Origin: Amoebophrya sp. A120
Taxonomy: Eukaryota; Protista; Dinoflagellata
Assembly (NCBI GenBank): GCA_905178155.1
Contig: CAJINV010000001.1
Span: forward strand, 14,157,265-14,221,264
Direction of reading: 5' to 3'
Length of the DNA: 64,000 nt
The position numbers were made by a program, and so were the translations under genes. Shown here one piece after another: positions 58,914-64,000 of this stretch. The notes below the pieces were generated by a model. The model made no database searches. It was not told the origin of the DNA and was given only the letters and a program-made list of their open reading frames with translations. The stretch's first letter is position 1, and each line of letters opens with the position of its first letter.

Positions 58914-60437
58914 TGAAACAACGAACAGCAACTACAGGAGTAGATACTGATATCGATATTTGCAGCCATACATACGAGAAAAACTGGATGAATTGTTGAT
59001 GAAGCAAGTCAGGGAAAAATAGGGCAAAGCCATACATATTATACAGAACAAGAACTTGGCTAGAAATTTGTAGCTAGAAAGGCGGTGGAAGCGATTTGCG
59101 CGAGTGTAGCGTCCTTGCGTGCGCGACTCCGAAACTGCAACAAAGGCAACTCGATAGGCGGGGCGGGCTGCTATGTCTCATTTGTCAGCGACCTAGACAA
59201 ATCGCCCCCTAGTTAGCTTTCTGCTGTGGATCGATCGCTGCGGAAATTCCGAAATTTTAACGAACTATATTTCGTTGCGTATTTTTCCACCTTCTTCTTC
59301 TTGTACTAGCCGAATTTCTATTTCAATATCTGAACTTCATGACTTTCTACAGGTCGAATTTCTCGCTTGCAAACTTGCATACGATCGAGCACCAAAATTT
59401 GAATTTTTCCAGAGGTCACTGGACAAAGCTTATCATTGGAACAGTTCCATTTGGCGTGGCGTAGGATCGGGCGGTTGCACGCCAAAAATCGGCTCAAGAT
59501 ATGAAGCGCATTTATTTGAGCCTCAGGCACTTCGTTGCAATTGGGGCGCTGCGCCAGCCTGCCAACTACTGTGTTTATTGTAGATACGTATGTTTTGCAT
59601 CGCAATCTAGATGTACAGGACTGAAATTTCCTATATTCGCAAACACGATTATACTTGCATGGAAGGGAACAATTTGAGGAAACGGAAAGCCAATGCCAAC
59701 TACTCTACAGATAAAGAAGCGATGAATAGACTAAAAATAATTTCCCTACATTTTGCCTTGGCGCAAGTAGGCAAAAATCTAGTCTTGGCTTCCCGCCAAA
59801 ATCCCTGGGCTGCTGGTGCGGCAGCCGACCTGGGGGCCTGCAAATCTCCTCGCAGAGAACGAGAATGAAGCTAATTTGTACAGGTTCGGATAATGATCGT
59901 TTCTGTACCTCAACGAGGGCATCTAGTAACAGTAACAGTAAGGAGCGACCTTTCATCAAACACAGCCTTTGCGAGGCTGCTAACCTGCCTTGGCCGCGTG
60001 AAGAGACAGTAAAAGTGATCTAAAACGAGTGAAGCGACTGCGCGCTAGCAAAAGTACAAGTAGTCAACTCAACATCCGCAATGATTGTGACCAACCTGCG
60101 TGGAGTTTTAGAGTGTGCGTCGCGCGAAAGGACGAAGTAGCTCAAAGGGACTTGTTTATTCTGCCCATCGGGCTTTTGAAAAGAAAAAGAATATATCAGA
60201 ATAATTTCAATAAAAATCACTCATTTACTGCAGTTCCAGTGCATGCAGCTACTCATCTCTTTCTGTCGCACTAAAAATACAGAAAATACTTATACGGTTT
60301 CACGAAATAGAGATATACTTCTGTAGCGGATGAAGGATGAAGGAAAAGTTGTATTTGTAAATGAAAAAAAAAGTGCCTGGTGTACAAAAGTATCTACGCA
60401 TATGTTTTTTTCTCTAGCCCTAAGACCAGCGCAGCCC

Positions 60438-63400
60438 TCACTGCGTGACGCAGACCAGGAAGATCCAAATGCTGCAGATGCGCTGCGAGTACGGAAACAC
60501 GCGCACGGCCATGGAGAACTCGGCGTCGTCGCTGCCGAGCGCCAGGAGGTCTGTGTTCGTCACCGCCTGCCAGACCTGTCCGAAGTCGCTCATCCCGAGG
60601 TTGAGCGGCACCCCGTACACTCGCATGCCCCGGTGTCCGCCGAACTCCTCCTCCAACTTTAGGTATAGAGGGAAAGTAAGTGAGTGGTTTTAGGATAATG
60701 TGCTGCTAGTAGAGACAAGAAAAGTCGCAGTCTGCCATGCGGATTATATGCCTACGCAGCTGTTCTTTATCAGAACCAAAAAGCACATCAGAATGGAATC
60801 AAAAACCACTCAATTCCATGCGATGCCGAGTAGGAGTGATTTTCGCTCGTGTTGAGAGATCAGAAAAAGCTGCGTCGTGTATCACATAAAAAGCCGCGTA
60901 GGTGCATCTAAATTCGCGAGACAAGATGGATTTTTTCTTGCGAAAAGCAGCAGTCCGGAACATCACTCACTTCCCCTCCATATCAGGAAAAAAGCGTCCA
61001 CATCCGGCTTCTTGACGGGTACTTCATTGGCAGCTCGCAGCGGTGGTGGTGCCTCATTGCCACCCTCCCGCCGCGTTTGCTTGAATTGCTCCAGGGTCTC
61101 GAGTATGCATTGCAAATATGTCTGCGTCTGGGTCCGGAAACTTGTGACGCGAGTCAGGGAAAAATGAGAATGAGCACACTGTAAGTATTACTGCACTGCC
61201 AAGCATGACAAGTTTTGCCATGCTTTTCAATTGCTTATTACGCATTAGAGATTGCGTTTTTCCATGGCAGGCAAGAGGAGCTCACTGGTGCGGCCACGCA
61301 ATACAGAGCTCAGAGTCCTCATGCCAGACGAGTATGACTACACTTCTCGCAATCAACTACACCCAGACAAGAACATATTTGCATTTCTTGGATATCGAGC
61401 ATTTCTCGGCACTTTCCTGCAATTGCGGCGTTGCTACGGGTCCGCAGGTTTCGGCCGGCACGTTCGCGAAGAAACCGTTTCCAGATATCATCTTCCAATT
61501 GGGCTTGAAGCGCCTGTGTGGAGAGATTAAGGCTCAAGTATGATCGCAAATGCTGTTGTGCAAAGAAACAATCTGTCTAGGTTCACGTTTCCTTTTGATG
61601 AAAGCATCAAAAATCAACATCACGCCATGTGCGATGACAACATCGACATTCTGCAAATTGCATACAATTCTGCATCAGAAAATGCTTTTACGCGTGCCGT
61701 CTACACAGTTTGTGCGTGTAGATAGCACAGTGTGAAATTTAAGAAAAAACACATCACGATGACCAACACATTATATTAGTTGCAAACTTGTGAGGCTGAC
61801 GCCGATACGAATGAAACAAAAGCTGGAGGTCGTCGTTTGAAGTAAATAAAGTTAGTACCTTCGCCCTGGAAACGTTAGGTGGTTCATACCGCAGAGCTGG
61901 CTGGAGCGTTTCAATGGTTCCATCGGGAAACAAATGCTTCTTCTCACTTTCGTCCACGAACAAGGGGCGCCACAGCGCATGGTTCTCCAGGTCCCAATCC
62001 ATCTTCAGCACGCAACTTTCTGCCGCTGTTCCTGGCTCTCGTGCTGAAGATTAGTGATAGATCATACACACCACGAACATGAGCGTTACACCAGCATTCT
62101 CCTTGCTGCAGGAATCAAGGTTGAGTGACCCAAGCCAGGAAAAAGGACGACAGATTACAGAAGTAATTTGAATTTCTGCGAGATCACACAACACAAGGAA
62201 ACTGTGAAAAATTATTTTTTCAATCTTTTCATCAAGCAACGAGCGACTCTTGAAACATCAAGGGTGGGCAACATAGATAGTTAGTACTACTAGAAGAATA
62301 ACGAAGCACGTGAGTTGTACATTCTGCCCGGTGTCGCAGCGTGTTGTACCAAACATTTTCCGCGGAGAAGACGACATTTACTTTCTGAATCGGGCAGGTG
62401 AGGGCGTACGGTGATGGTCCCGCTATGGCAGATCCAGTAAATCGACCTGAGATGATAGGCAGCACAGGATTTCAAAAATTTTCGGAATATGACAAGGTTT
62501 CTTGTTATTAATTTGGTTATTTCGCATTGGATTCAGACTGTTCCAACTCACTGTCACAGCGTCCTTGATCATGAATGAAATATCTTTTTCAATACCCTTC
62601 TTCGCGGCTTCGTGTCGCTCGCGTAGGCGTTTTATGATAGTGGACAGTCCCCCTCGCCCAACTATTTTTCCGCACACATAAACGCAAAACTTCCAGCATT
62701 TTTCTAGCGCTTTTCAGCAATACGACCTTGCGTGAGAGGAAATCGCATTTACAAGACTTCGCACAGTACTGTGATCCACACCAATGTCGTGCTTTGGTCT
62801 GTCAACACATAAGGTTGATCTACGTGTCCTCTGATGTTGTCTCTGTTGCTCGCTCTTGGCCTTGCGCCGTATTAAACTCTACCCATTAAATATTCGAGGG
62901 GATGAAGCTGAAGCAAGGGTGGGTGGAGTAGAGATGTCCACCTTGATACGCTTTACGCACCCCGTGATCGCCCCTACCGGTCCTGCTTGGTCTGGGTCGG
63001 CAGGTACGGCATTGTAGTAGGTCTCGCCCCGGCGCGGCACAAAGTAGCAACGGTTGGTGATTGGGTCCCAGAACTCGGTGTTGCCGCTCAACTGGTCCTG
63101 GCGCATCACATACATGCCGTCCCCGTCAGGAATCGCATCCACTGCCACACAAAAGCTTTTTACTTGGTGCCCAGGGTCCACCTGAAGGTTGTGTGATAGA
63201 AGGCGCGCTGTAGGAGATGTTCTTGCAACTTCTTACGATTCCACCACGTCGGTGAACCAATTGCAACGCGACATTCATCGAGAACAGAACAGCAAACTTT
63301 TTGACAAAACAGTGAGCAAAAACAGGAAAACCATTTTGAAAACGTCGAACAAGAAAATCCCTCCTATTAATACTTCCCCCCGCTTCGCGTCGATGTAGTT

Positions 63401-63849
63401 GAAGTAGTTGCACAAGAGTATGGCGTGCTCCTCGTAGTCCCCACACGAGATGTCCAGAAAAGTTTTGGAGGTGCACCAGAGATCCACAGCCCGGCCTTCG
63501 AACATCTGCCCGTCCGTCATGAAAGTGATCAGGGAGACGAAGCGAGCGCATTTTTCGATGGCAAAGGGGTCCATCATGTCTGCCACGATGTCCTCGGGTG
63601 GCGCTTGGGGCGTGATGAACCGCGTCACCAGCCGCGACCGGCCCTCGATGTCCGTGCCGAGAGCTTGGGCCAGGTTCTCCTTCACGATGCGATCGGAGCC
63701 TAGGGATGCCATCCACTGGTGCACGTGGTTCAATATGGCTCGGGATTCTTTTCCGGGAATGATCGGCGCATTGCCGCTCTCGGGCTCCGTCAGCACGCGG
63801 TCGAGCGTCACACTGGCAAACAGGAGCATGGGCTCCTCATTCTCTTCGC
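60438..63849 (-). CDS. CC2D2A: CC2D2A/MKS6-like ciliary transition-zone protein, C-terminal part (5' end outside window)
   Basis: CARFVSLI, DLWCTS..FL...GDYEEHAILLCNYF, FWDPIT, CPIQKVNVVFSAENVWYN, WRPLF, and the C-terminus AEFSMAVRVFPYSQRICSIWIFL. Several GT-AG introns plus introners 61104-61394 and 60664-60982; one junction near 62400-62550 is unresolved. Confidence 0.85.
60664..60982. mobile_element. TAT...ATA-class introner, family C
   Basis: TIR TAT(A/G)GAGGG(A/G)AAGT(A/G)AGTGA; repeat ttagg/tcagg. Removing 324 bp gives VDAFFL|KLEEEFG. Confidence 0.85.
61104..61394. mobile_element. TAT...ATA-class introner, family D (A-like end)
   Basis: Inverted TGCAAATATGT....GTCTGGGT at both ends inside TAT...ATA; perfect repeat TCGAG. 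Removing 296 bp gives CREML|ETLEQFK; no GT-AG solution. Confidence 0.88.
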
Positions 63850-64000
63850 CTGTTTTTTTTTTAGTTTTTACATTGACGGCGCTAGCGCTTCCTCGTGAGC
63901 ATTGCGCTCGTGAATGACGTTATCCACGAGCGTATACTTACAGAAATATTTATAGTATCTTATCTGTTTGCTTATGCTTCGACTTTCCATGCGTCAATCC

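Noticed and set aside
133-63917. Numerous plus-strand ORFs in the track (e.g. 40835..41824, 14041..14832, 26301..27074)
   Set aside because: They are antisense shadows of minus-strand genes, with Ser/Phe/Leu-rich translations and no recognisable motifs.

Overview
Eukaryotic genomic DNA with 18 protein-coding genes, all on the minus strand, and no RNA genes, CRISPR arrays or transposase ORFs that I could recognise. Gene content (CC2D2A, XPG/ERCC5, NTE-type patatin, vWA alpha-kinase, C69 dipeptidase, Ulp1-like protease, syntaxin-18-like, phosducin-like), the one-directional layout and the intron structure suggest the parasitic dinoflagellate Amoebophrya; this is inference. The main signal is 13 short (109-319 bp) insertions inside coding sequence with a shared structure: a 5-bp direct repeat, TAT...ATA terminal inverted repeats (TIRs), and restoration of the reading frame when the element plus one repeat copy is removed. 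Most have no usable GT-AG ends. Members of the same family occur in both orientations relative to transcription, and several families share an internal GCATGACAA motif. A separate 1,120-bp element has 54-bp TIRs and an 8-bp target-site duplication (TSD) and forms an in-frame GT-AG intron. Introner-like non-canonical introns are already reported for Amoebophrya; the details here (orientation independence, N|TAT donor mimicry, internal motif, local clustering) bear on how they splice and move. All junctions were inferred by hand from frame arithmetic and need RNA-seq confirmation.
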